The position numbers and the translations under genes were made by a program. A stretch of DNA of 51,528 bases, the filler included, from Sphacelaria rigidula (taxonomy: Eukaryota), in the NCBI GenBank assembly GCA_964200075.2. It is 4 parts of 4 records of this genome, joined end to end, with 100 filler letters (N's around TTAATTAATTAA, not from the genome) between each part and the next. Parts side by side here need not be neighbours in the genome. Positions count along the whole stretch, not along the records: positions 25,815 to 38,621 come from CAXNAA020003402.1; positions 38,722 to 51,528 come from CAXNAA020003403.1; 2 more parts are not named here. One strand, 5' to 3'. Of the stretch, positions 35,701 to 47,293 are shown one piece after another (position 1 is the stretch's first letter; every line of letters starts with the position of its first letter). The notes beneath the pieces are model-generated. The model saw nothing but the letters and a program-made list of their open reading frames with translations. It did not search any database and had not been told where the DNA came from.

Positions 35701-37230
35701 GAATACGATATTGTGGTCAGAGTCCGACGAGCTAGGTAGTTGAAGGTGGATGGTGACACCGAGAACGGACCTGCGGTGATTGTCGTCTGAGGACGCACTT
35801 GATGCGTTTTTTGTCCACAAGACGATTTGTAATACTGTTGAACGTACGCGACGTGCTTCCTCTGGGATTGGTTAAAAAACGTGTTGACCAGGGCAAGCCT
35901 GTTGTCACCCGCAAATTGTAGCAAAGAGGTGCTGTCGTTGACTTGGGAGCCCGGCCGTGTGCCTCCAATATTTTTGCAGTTCTCCTCGCCTAATCATACC
36001 CCAGTCCTAGCGTTTGCGCCCATCAAGATGAGCAAGTGATGGCTGTTGGGAGCTCGGTTCACAGTGCTGTCCGACTCAGTCCAGAACATATTTCTCTCTG
36101 ATCTTGACTTTGATGTGTGTCGGTAGGGGTTTAGGAGCTGCCAACGTGACAGCGTCCGATTTGCCTGCGAGGTTGAATGTCATTGACATGAGGCGTTCGC
36201 TGATGAGCGCCTGAGCCCGCGTCGCCGCATTGACGATCGACTACTTGACCGCCGACCTGACCCCATGTTTTCCAGTCCTTCTCTTCGTTCTGTTTGACTT
36301 TTTTCTGCTCCTTCCTTTCTTTGAACGAGTGTTTTAGTTTTGCTTTCCTTGGGTACGTCTATCATGCGACCACAGCTGGACCCATGGGTGGTCAGTTAAA
36401 GTGCGACGATCAATCAATCGATCTCTTGCCCCCCTCCACCCGGCAGCAGATGACACGGTATCCAGCGGCAGCGAAGTTGGTTTGGCCCGCTCTTCTTGTC
36501 TACTACAGTCCGATGACGTCACATCACACCGTTTGACACACTCGCAGAACCACCTCAGCATGGCCAGTCCCATTCTTCGCCGTGAGGGATAGTACACGGA
36601 CTTTGTAGGTCGCCACTTTGAGCTCCCGCGTGCGCAACCTAGCCCTAGCCTTGTCCGTATCTTCACGCTTTTCTCCTTGTTCTGCTTTACCTTCGGGTCT
36701 GTTTCTCTCTCAAATCTTACGCGCGAGCTTTTTGTCTGTTCCCACCCTTTCTTGGCATATGGATCATGGTGCCCGCCTTGCGTTTTGATCTCACGGAGAG
36801 GGTGCAGCTGTCCCAGCCCGCGTCGGCCGCTAGCTCCAGTCCGCCGAATCTGGTACTTACTCACACGTGTCTCGTCTCCATCGACTTGTTTTCTGTGATA
36901 GTGCCCCAACTTCGGGTAAAGTTCTGCAGCTGCGGGGTCGAGTTTGGGCCCCAGTACGTAGAAAAGTTCAACAGCTGCAGGGTTGAGCCTGGAGTTTAAC
37001 ACTGTCGATATGAGCCACTGGCTAGTTTGGATGTTGAATCACCGCTGAGGTGATTGGCAGACTAGTCTGGAGTATAGTCTGTACGAGGGTCATGTCACTT
37101 TCTCCCATACTTGGTTGTGTCGTTTGGTTGTCGGTTGGGACTCGCTTACCCCGAATCAACCATCCCCAGTCGGGCAGCGGTCTGAGGCATAGTAAGACTA
37201 CTCCATCTCCGTATGACACCATCCACCGAC
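32775..37230 (-). mobile_element. Near full-length degenerate RTE-clade LINE (APE endonuclease and RT) with internal insertions
   Basis: EN start LKVATYKVR...DVIGL..TRR (~36600); EN end DSDHNIV; RT FRP.RSTTD, QGLRQ..VLSPLLFN, YAND; C-terminal RLPKRIMFG; insertions at ~34005-34555 and 36286-36421; ends approximate. Confidence 0.9.
36286..36421 (+). repeat. Short RTE 3'-end insertion inside the RTE endonuclease
   Basis: Terminal stem-loop and ATCA tail; candidate TSD TCTCTT. Confidence 0.8.
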
Positions 37231-37950
37231 CACTTATGGAAGGTTGATGTAATCGAACAGACTCTGCTTGTGTTGGCGTTTTTTTACCACGTTAGTTCCC
37301 GTCGATCACATCGGCTCCCACCGCAGGATCAATTCAGACATGTACATTTCATGTCAAGACACCGAGGCAAGCAAGCTCGTATGTGTGCTCTCCTCCTTAC
37401 CGAGATGTTGTATCCTCGAACCATAATTTGAACGTGTCATGGGTGACCTCATGAACGAGACAACTTGCGACTCAAATAATTCGAAGTCACTGCTGAACCA
37501 AATCCAGAAAACGCCAGCTGCACCAACTATCGGCTGGAGTATTCATGGTTACTGACGTGGGTATCGCACACAAAATCGAACTTGTCTTCCAGTACAACGA
37601 TGCTACGTTTAGGTCGAATACGCCCATGTTCCACACGCCGTGAGCAAGCTATCGCCTACCCAACTAATTGCGAGAGAGTCATACCATAGGCTTCACATTA
37701 AATGACTGGTACTCGACACGGCACCGGTACCTTGTATTTAACACAACCCCGGTGATGAAGTTTCGTCTGCCGAGGGCACCATGTCGGTATCTACAGTGCT
37801 TTAGGGAGACGACGTATACCGCCTACTCCAGTATCACACCGCCGGGCCCGGAGTACTTACTCTCAGCGACCCCGCACACTTGTCACTCGAGGTATGGCAC
37901 CGTGTATGTGACCCCAAGTGTGGATCGAACTCTCGCCGACCGTTGCCCAG

Positions 37951-38126
37951 GCCAGATACTATCGGCAGCGGGGGCGAGCAGTGCCGCGTTAACCCGTGCT
38001 GTCCGGGATCACCCGCGGACGGCCGCGGCGGCTACTGTGGCGGCCACTACGGCAGTGTATGTGGGCACTGAGACGCGCAGATCGGGATTGCTCGTATGTC
38101 GGAGCCCGAGGGTCAGTCTTTTCAAG
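37951..38126 (+). CDS. Putative downstream exon of the same unknown gene
   Basis: cccag| ... AAG|gtgagc; phase 1 to 0, compatible with 28833 (PNRI-G-QILSAAGASSAALTRAVRDHPR...). Confidence 0.4.
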
Positions 38127-38621
38127 GTGAGCGCGGCAAACAATATTCGAAATATGAAGTGCCGCAAGGTATTTGTGAGAGGGAGCTTGTTGGCGTGGGC
38201 ATGTTTTCTTTTCGAGTATTGTAGTTGTTCTCTGCAGACTATATTCCTTGTATAGTCGTGTTCGAGAATCAACCTTGTGTTTGTAAGGCGGGCATGGTAG
38301 CTTCTCCGCGGTTGTTTACTGTTGAGGAGTCGGCCGCAGTCGAAGCGAGCGCGGTAGCTGCTCTACTATACCATACTATGCTGTACAGGACAGGAGGTGG
38401 ACCTGCATGAAGGTAACCCCAGCTTCGAGAGCATGGGGGTCTTAATGGCGTAGAGATGTCCTCGTGCCCTCTGGTTTTCTGAGGGTCGATTTCAGAAGTG
38501 GTGGTCGTAAACCGAGTGCAACACATGACCCGCGTGAGGTGCGTATTGAACGGATGCCAGAATGTTGGAGGTGTCTCTATTAGGAGTAGGAACGGTGCTC
38601 CGTCTCGAAAGGGATGCGTGG

Positions 38622-38721
38622 NNNNNNNNNNNNNNNNNNNNNNNNNNNNNNNNNNNNNNNNNNNNTTAATTAATTAANNNNNNNNNNNNNNNNNNNNNNN
38701 NNNNNNNNNNNNNNNNNNNNN
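38622..38721. other. Artificial scaffold spacer
   Basis: N44-TTAATTAATTAA-N44. Confidence 0.98.
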
Positions 38722-39040
38722 CGTTGGCAGCGTAGCTTGCACTGGCAGTCAAAGACGCCCATTTTGAGCAAACTCTCGTCCTGCACACTATGAGCGGGCG
38801 GGGGCGCCTGAGACTGTCAGCCCCGCCCCAAGAAATATCCGAATGTGACAGTGTGCACCAAAAGTGAATAATTGTTCAACCATGGAATTTCTCGACCAGT
38901 TCGCTTTGAAAACTGTAACTGTACTGGTGTTATTGTAACCGTAGACCGTTCAAGTTAGGTCGTGCCATCTGAACAACAATGGCAAGCAATTATGTCGATA
39001 CTACAGCAATACTAGCCATACATGAAAAAACTACACTCAC

Positions 39041-39132
39041 TGGTTGTTGAGATGAACCTTCATCTTCAGTTTCTGGTCGACGTCGGCAACCGCATCTTCC
39101 GCCGTCGCCACATGTGCCCAGCACAATTCCTC
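39041..39132 (-). CDS. SMC6: Probable SMC6 exon (N-terminal coiled-coil)
   Basis: tactag| ... |gtgagt; EELCWAHVATAEDAVADVDQKLKMKVHLNN; FK-EELCWAHV matches the SMC6 'LK.e.AWa.V' motif from memory. Confidence 0.65.
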
Positions 39133-39344
39133 CTAGTACCCGCACAAACGACAACACAGAGAGAAGAGTCCAACAACACAGCAACAGGGAAGAGATTGGC
39201 ACAGTGATGCACATGCTCATGGGGAAGCGAAAGTGCTCGTAACCGTGCAGAAAAACCTCGGCCATCATCTCCGCTCATGTGTGACGAACCCCAACCCCAG
39301 TCCCAACCCTAACCCTAACCCCAACTCTAGCACCAACATTTACA

Positions 39345-39347
<3 letters not shown>

Positions 39348-39380
<33 letters not shown>
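39348..39380. repeat. (CA)n microsatellite
   Basis: Read directly. Confidence 0.95.
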
Positions 39381-39381
<1 letters not shown>

Positions 39382-40212
39382 CGACGGTTTCCCCGCAAAT
39401 TCTCACAAGGGAGGGTTTCAGCAAGGGTTAGGTTGAGCATTCCAGGGTCCGCAGGGTATCGAATGAAGACTGCTGGTCTAATTAGCGAACCCAAAAATAT
39501 ATACATAGGTCGGAATGCTGTGGGTGCGATTCCTTAAAGACGATCTTATGGGGTTCTTCTCCAAAAGTTGTCTGATTCCTGTCGTCGAAAACCGTGAGGA
39601 CATGAGGAGCGGAGCAAGTTCAGAGCTGATTTCACGAGACGACACGTTGCACGCGTGCTGATGGACATGATCTGATTCACAATACCGAAATGCAAGGCAT
39701 GCACCAGGGTAGAGGTGGGTGGATGGTTTCTCGATACCGTGGACTAGTCTCGAGGAATGAGAGGGGCATAGAATGCGACGAAAAAAATGCACTAAATATT
39801 GCAAGGTACTTGGGAAATCGAAAGAAAATTCCACCGCGTATTCTAGGGTGCGTGAACTACTGAGCCGTAACCCGCAATAGATTCGGTCATCGATACTCCA
39901 GGAAAGCTGAGGCACCCTACCGTGAGCTTATCGATTCTGTTCTCCACGCCCTTAAGCACGTCTATTCTGGATTATGACTAATTTTGCACTATGGAGTGCT
40001 CTGCAGTTGACTAGTCATAATTCAGTGATTTCGTTCTTTACTCTTGAATCTGTCGACCCCCTCCCAAATGGTGTTGATGCGACGGGACCTGAGGATCTCG
40101 AGCATGGGCCTTCAACGTATGATAGGTTGTGACTTCTCCGAAGTGACGACCTTCTTCGCATGACGACCTGGTCATTATCAAGTCACTTTCGTCTTCGAGT
40201 GACGTACCGTAC

Positions 40213-40300
40213 CTTGAACCGGTCGATCCTCTTCTCCATGCCCTCGATGCGGGCAAACTCCTTCATCTCCGCGTCAAGGTCACTGACGATCTTGCGATAC
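40213..40300 (-). CDS. SMC6: Probable SMC6 exon
   Basis: atgcag| ... |gtacg; phase 2 to 0; YRKIVSDLDAEMKEFARIEGMEKRIDRFK. Confidence 0.68.
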
Positions 40301-40559
40301 CTGCATGGATGCATCGAGAGACAAGTATGGCCCAAAACGATGTTTTGTATCACGTATAGCGATTGTTGAAAAGCTCGCCCAGAACGTTCCCCTGGTTGGT
40401 ATTCGTATGCTCACAAATGTACAACATCCAGCCAACTTGAACCACTTCCGCAAACGTAGATTCAACGTAGATTCAAGATTCAACGCAGGGGACGCTACAC
40501 ATGATGCACCTAACACGTATCCTCGCCATGATATTACTTCATCCATTTTTTCATTGAGT

Positions 40560-40975
40560 GAGTGATTGATTGAATTTCGCACCCTGACTGTATGATGATA
40601 TTCGAGAGACCCAGTCGTGGTCAAAAGATGCGCCCGAAGTAAACAAAACAGGAATGATCCCTGAAGAAAAACAAAAGTGAGGACAAAAACAAGAGAAAGG
40701 ATAAACAAGAGGAGTAAACTGAGATACAGTTGGCAAGGAAAGGAGAGGAGAGGAAAGAAAACAAGAGGAAAGGAAAGGAGACTAGAGGAGAGCAGAGAAG
40801 AAAGAAAAGGAAACGCGAGGAAACGAAGGGAGAATAGAGGAGAGCACGGGAGAGGAGAGGAACGAAGAGCTGAAAAAAAAAATGATGAGAAAAAGAAAAA
40901 GAAAAGGGGGAAAAGAAAAGGGGGAAAAAGAGGGGGGAAACAAAGCCATGGGCCAAGAGGGACAAGTGCACTTCA
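40560..40975 (-). repeat. Divergent LINE 3' end with low-complexity UTR
   Basis: Minus strand GGGCGCATC...GACCACGACTGGG...GTGCGAAATTCAATCAATCA; A/G-rich tract on the plus strand. Confidence 0.6.
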
Positions 40976-41879
40976 ATACTTCTGGTATAGGCTGGTTTAG
41001 GTTAAACGCCCGTATGAAGTACGCCCCAGCGATTCCTCTCTCGAGTTGTTCTAGTTCGGCCGTGATTTTTGCACACATGTGTTATTCAATATTGCAAAAT
41101 AATTCGTAACTTCCTTCTCGCCGGATATCCGTGGCCCCGAGGGTCTGGGGGCTCATACCGCCTCCTGGGAACCCGGATTTCTAGCGAAGAAATTAATGAA
41201 TAAAGCCCCACCCACGAAAAGTTTCGCAACATCCCATAGTACACGTCTGCAAAATTTCTGGGTCAAACTCCAAAATTCCGCGTGAGAAATCGCGCACGTG
41301 CGTTCAAATGAACGAATGTACGCCGAATCCCCTTGTTGCTTGATTATAGTATAGCTTTGACTGTAGTGTGTCACCCACTTTTATATTTTGCGTCCGAGCT
41401 TGCATCGACCGTTCGTAATCAGCTTTCCCAAAAACGCGACGAAACCTTGTGCAAACGTTCCTCGGACTCCGTCGGAACGAGTACCATTAGCATTTTTTCT
41501 TCCGAGGTATTCTGTACTGGCTCCTGGGAGTCCTTCTCGCGAGGACCCCGGAAGAGGTAGAGAGCGAGTAAAGTTTGAAATGTTCTTCGACGATTTTTGG
41601 TTTTTTCATTCGGAACACCTATTTCTACCAAACTGCCAAGTTTGAATATGGTCAGAGCTTTTCAACCACAAATATAACGGAAACCGTCACGAGTTTTCTG
41701 GGTCTTGCGATTCATGCCATCAGTGGAAATCCGATGACGCGAAAATCTCACGTCACCGAAGAACCACGTTTTGGGGTATAACTCGATCCCTTACAAACCC
41801 TCTTCGGGTATGTTTTTGCGTTAGATTCCCTAGCTGACGGCAGTTACATCTAACTTTGTCACCATCCAATGAAAAAATA

Positions 41880-44800
41880 ATCCGGGCCCGCCCCTGCTGG
41901 GGTGGGCCGAGAACTGCCAGGGGTCTTCACCCACACAAAGACCACTGAACCGACGACAGTGTGGCAGGGAAAAAGGTGAGAAACACGAAGCCGAGCCTCG
42001 TGTCGACGCGGATCCTGAGTTTGGCCGATAGGAGGCACAGGGATCACGAGAATCAACGTAGCTCGCATCGCACCAGACTGTCGGGAGATACCACCCCCTC
42101 CCCCTGGAAGTGGCGATACGAGAAAATAAAGCAACTCATTCGAGGCTGTCATCCAAATGCGAGAAAATCAGCTTCGGCCCGAACGAACTTGGCAGGATTC
42201 AGCCTTCATGCGACTCGCCGAACGCACTACGGCACTTCGCGCTTGGTGATTGCGTGCGAGCCTGGTCAGCGAAAGCCCGACGTGCCCCATCCCCGCTTTG
42301 TAGGGATGCGAGGTCAATGGTCTCATGACAATTGCATGCATGATCATGGGTATCCCCCCGTGCCCGACTGCCTATACTGGAGTGGGCAGGAGCCTGCCAG
42401 GGATCTTACAGCACGAAAAGACCATTCGTCAACAATGGCAGGGACACGAGACCGAGCCTCGTATCCACGGGGAGCCTGAGTTGAAAGTTAAGGGGAGCCG
42501 CGGCCGCGAGATTGGCGTGCGCTTCGTTTCGGAACAGCTTTGGCAGCTGCATGAGGTTAATGTCTAAAGCCCCGGCCTGGACCTCGGGGCTATGCAGCAG
42601 CGGAGACCGCAGTGAAGACAGCCTAGGCAGGAGTAGAGGGGACGTGCACTGCATGGGTACGAACAACAGACACGAGGGGGGTGTAGAGTCGGACAGAGCA
42701 GGAAAGTTGCACCTGCCTGTGAGAAAAGACACGCACCGGGCTAACGAACACAGCCGAATAGTCCACAGCGCGATCATGAAAAACGCTATAGAGAGAAGGA
42801 GGGACCGGGATAGGCGTAGGCTTGCTGGAAAAGCAGCACGAATAGCCCGGGCGAGGCGGTGGAGTCAACCTGTTAAGGTAGCCACTTACAAAGTCAGAAC
42901 TCTCGCTGTGGAAGAAGCGAACGGATGGGGGTGAGACTACAGCGTCTTGTTTGAGGCTGCGAGACTAAGCGTCTCGGTGATAGGACTGCAGGAAACGCGG
43001 AGGGCAGGACGAACAGACTGTACATCAGCAGGGTTCAAAATCTTCTGCGGTGGGAGCCAATCAGGTGGGCAACTCGGTGTGGGGCTGGCCACCAAAGGGT
43101 CGATTTGCGACAACGCCACCTGCACCACTGAGTACATTGACGAGTGCCTCATGGCAGTGCGGTTTAAAATTTCGGGGCAACGCGGGGCGATCAATTTCAT
43201 AGCTGCGTATGCACCAACCGAAGTCGCCGAGGACGAAACCAAACGAGCGTTCTGGGGTAGTCCTAACGACCTAGTACAGTGAATCCCGTCGAAGGAGTCT
43301 GTGTATGTGTTGATAGACGCTAACACGTGAATGGGGGAAAAATAGGGGGAGAGAGCCTACATGACGAAGGGGTCCCAGACGCCTACGGACGTGATGAGCT
43401 CTATGATAACGGCCACCTACTGTTAACGACAACTAACGAGCCATCACGAAAACCTTCTTTGGCACGCGTAAAGGTGGAATACCGCACACGTACAACGGTA
43501 TTGCAGGGGACCGCGTGAGCGACATCAAGCGCAGAGATTACATACTTACCCGGCAGGCACACCGAGGTAGAGTGCGCAACGCAGTCGTACACCCCAAACC
43601 CGCACCTCCGACCAAAGCTGACCCGGATCACAACAGGGTGGCCACTGTCGATCTCGGTGGCCGCTTCGCCCACAACCGTACCGTACGAACCAATTCAAAG
43701 CAGCGGCAATCTCGTGAACAGCAACTGCAGAGCGAGGTAGCACGACCACGTGTGATCAAGAGGTTCCTGCACAACCTCGGGGAACGAGCATACTAGCCAC
43801 CCACCACCGCCCCGGCGGCCGCAAAGGACTTCACCGAAGGTATCCTCAAGGCAGCACAGACAGTACTTCCCGCGGAGACAGATGCCACGCATGCCGGAAC
43901 GGTGTGAAAGTCCCGAAACAACAGCAACAGTAGAGATCGCGCTTGCCCACCGACGGGAGGAATGACGCCTGATGAAGGACAAGCGGATCCCGGCAACGTC
44001 GAAAGCACTCAGAGCCGCGTGTAAAGGGGTACGTACTGCGATAGAGGACGGCGTCAATGCACACGTGGAAAGGTATGTGGCGAGGCTAGAAGCGACCTGC
44101 AAGGACCGCGACATGCGAGGCCTGTACAAACATCTCGGGAGAAGGGTGGGTCTTGACGGAAGGCTGTCAGGGGGGGGGGGGGGCGTACTCATTGAAGACT
44201 GTCAGAGGGGTAGCAGTTCATCGAAGACGAGAACGGGGTTCTACTAAGGGACAACATCGAGATCCTGAAGCGATGGGCGAGGTTCTTCCGAACACTGCTC
44301 AACACCAGATCGCCCACGCTGAACCCAGCCATCATCGAGGAGATGACGCAGCGACCGACAATGACCCGCCGGAAATTCCGTACCGCTTGGGTCAGCACCA
44401 ACGCTGGAAACCATACGAGCAGTTCGGGGGATGCCCTCCCTGTAGATCTACTCGAGATTGACGGTCGAGCCGAGCACGTCGTCATCGTACACTCCCATGT
44501 CATCCTCTTCAAGCTATGGAACGGGGGTGAGGTCCCGCAGGGGTAGAATGACGATCCGATAAAAGTGCTTTACAAGAAAGCGGACTGCTCCACCTGTAAC
44601 TACCGGCGAATCTCACTGGTGTCACGAGCAGGGAAGGTGCTCTTGAAGATATTGGCCAACCGTCTCAGCGACGACTACGACGCGCAAGGGATACTACCGG
44701 AAGAACAGCGTGGTTTCCGACCTGATTGATCCACTGTCGACAAGTTGTTGGTAGTGCGCCGACTCCAGGAACTGGGGCGACGACGAAGAATACCACTATA

Positions 44801-46646
44801 CAAATGCTTCGTCGACCTCCAAAAGGCTCATGATTCGGTCGACCGAGTACTCCTATGGCAGATGCTTGCCCAAGCTGGGATTCCGGATGAGATTAGAGCA
44901 GTTATCCGCCAATTCCACGATGGCATGCAGGCCCGCGTACGCATGGACGACGGGGAGCTCTCCGAGTGGTTTGAAGTCACCCAGGAACTACGGCAAGGGT
45001 GTGTGCTGTCTCCGTTGCTGTTCAGAATATGTTTTGCTGCGGCGTTCGAGATAGTTCTTATGCGATTCGGCGAGGACGACATCATCCTCAAGGACACGGT
45101 ATACCTCGACGAGGAGTGGATAAGGAAGACAGACGCACCTCTGGCACGCATACGGAGAGCGGTGTGGGGAATGGTATATGCCGATGACGCGGCCGTCGTC
45201 TCGATGTCCCCTGACGGCCTCACGCCGGAGAGGAAGACAGGGACTCTACTGATGCAAGCACCGGAAAAAAACACCACAGAAGGGGGAGCCACCAAGACTA
45301 CCCCCACCACCACCAGTCATCGAAGCAACGGGCCAGACATACGCCAAACCACGAAGTGCCGATACTTGGATGGGCTCGACACCGAAGATGGCGAGCTCAC
45401 ACAAGAGATCAACAACCAGAGCAGAGCCGGGTGGGCGTGCATCACAAGATTTTCCCGAGAGCTCTTCGACCGACAGAAAGCACCGTGGGAACTCAAGGTC
45501 CGACTGCTGAAGGCAGAGACGATGGATGCCCTACTGTATGGATGCATGACGTGGGCCCCACGCCGCAAGCACTGCCGATTGCTGAGGACGGTACACTACC
45601 GGCCCCTTCTAGGGGTCATCGGATACCGCCGAGTGATTGGCACATACCGACAGTTGACATACGCCCGGGCCCTCAAGAACACCGAATGCCAGAGTGCTGA
45701 AGCCATCGCCTAGCAACGACGACTGCTATTGGGGAGCCCTGGCTAGAAAACTGGAGCGACTGGCATTCGGAGCACTCGTAGGGGGGGGGTGGGGGGGGGG
45801 GGGGTAGGAGCAGGGTGCCCGGAGCAAAACTGGCTGAAGTGCCTGCGGGATAACTTTCAAACTTTCGGAGCAACGAACGGTTTCACGGACGACAACCGAT
45901 AGACGTTCGGACTTGAAAATGCCCTGTGTCCTCCAGCAGCGAAAAGGGAAAGGCGGATACCATAGCACGCGGGGGTGCGGCAGGAAGCGGAGAGGTACAT
46001 GACCTCTTGGCACAAAGATCGAGGAAGAGGCCAGCCGACTACGTGCAGTTAAACGGGAGCCTTAAGGAGAGGAGGGAGATGGAAAATTACGCAGCCAGCT
46101 TGCATGGTGGAAGTGGCAGGATGCCCCGTCATCTCCCCTTGCAATAATTATTCCACCAACTGCTGACTCCCATGCACCCCTCCCCCCGAGGCGGTTTCAT
46201 GTGGTGCTTCTCCTGTTCTGCCTGGTATATTCGTACGCATAGCTGTCCCTCTGGAAGTACAAGGATAGAACCCCGCGACTCGTATCGCTTTAGCTTGTGA
46301 CCGTGGCTCTCGGGTTGGCTCCTTTCCTGTTTGACCTCGCGTGCTGAGTGGGCCAGTGGGCCCTGTCCAGTAGCCCGAATGGTCGCATACGACATCGGAA
46401 CTTGGAGGGTTAGCAGTATTCATTTTTCCCTCCTCTTTTTCCTCTTCCTTAGTGGTTATACTTCACTTTTTTCCTTGTATAGCGCCTGTGTGATTTTTTT
46501 CTGAGTCCCGTTTTATTTCATGATTTTCTTTTACCGTAGCTTGGGGTTGTTAGCCTGTGACCACTGAAGGCGTCCGCATCAGATGCCAAGTACAGAGTAC
46601 TGCGCAGATATCCGAACGGTTTTTAATGTGAAGGCAACAATCTAAT
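41880..46646 (+). mobile_element. Near full-length degenerate RTE-clade LINE, antisense in the SMC6 intron
   Basis: 5' UTR; EN (VKVATYKVRTL, IGLQETRR, AAYAPT, DPDHNRV); RT 44745-45713 (FVDLQKAHDSV, LRQGCVLSPLLF, YADD); many stops; ends approximate. Confidence 0.92.
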
Positions 46647-46714
46647 ATTGTTTTTTCTGCAGTGGTAGAAGTAGCAGTAGTAGTGGTAGCAGTTGTGGTG
46701 GTAGTAGCATCTTC

Positions 46715-47293
46715 GTTGCCGTTGCTATCACTGTCATCAACACTGTGCATGTCATCATTGTTTTTAGTAGCATTACTGTTGACTTCCATCACTGACTTCC
46801 ACTATCAATCGCATCAACTATGCTCTCAAGCTCTCCATATCCTGAACGACAACAGGAACGTACTTCTGAAAAGGACGTGAAAATGGTTTACGCCGGTGCT
46901 ATCAAACCCGGGGACACAGTCGCCGTCGAGTGGAAAGACCCATCCACACATACGGGGTATACGCAAGGTGCTTGAAATGAGAGCGCGGTCAAAAGACGAG
47001 CAGTAGTGCTCACCCTTCGATCGCGCTCTCGTTTCAAGCACCACGCGTGCACCACGATATGCAGGTGGGTGTCTCCAGTCGTTGGCGACGGTGTCCCTGG
47101 GTTTGATAGCACCGTCATGGACCACTTCCACGTCGTCTTCGAAAGTGTGGGTCCTGCTGTCGTTCAGGAGATGGGGAGCTTGAGAGCACAGTTGATGCAA
47201 ATGAGAGAGGAGGTCATTGATGGACGTACATAGTTGAAGTCAACAGAAATGGCAGTACGGAAAATAAATGATCACAAAAATAACAACGGCAAC
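46715..47293. repeat. Long imperfect fold-back inverted repeat
   Basis: Arms ~46715-47002 and 47007-47293 close on GAGCA-GTAG-TGCTC. Confidence 0.9.

Noticed and set aside
38425-38512. HDV-like ribozyme candidate (TCCTCGT loop, TTCTGAG/TTCAGAA hairpin)
   Set aside because: P3/L3 is too short, and no P2 pairing or catalytic J4/2 strand was found
39288-39328. Telomere-like CCCTAA repeats (also 26468-26489)
   Set aside because: Only 2-3 exact units, internal and degenerate; not a telomere
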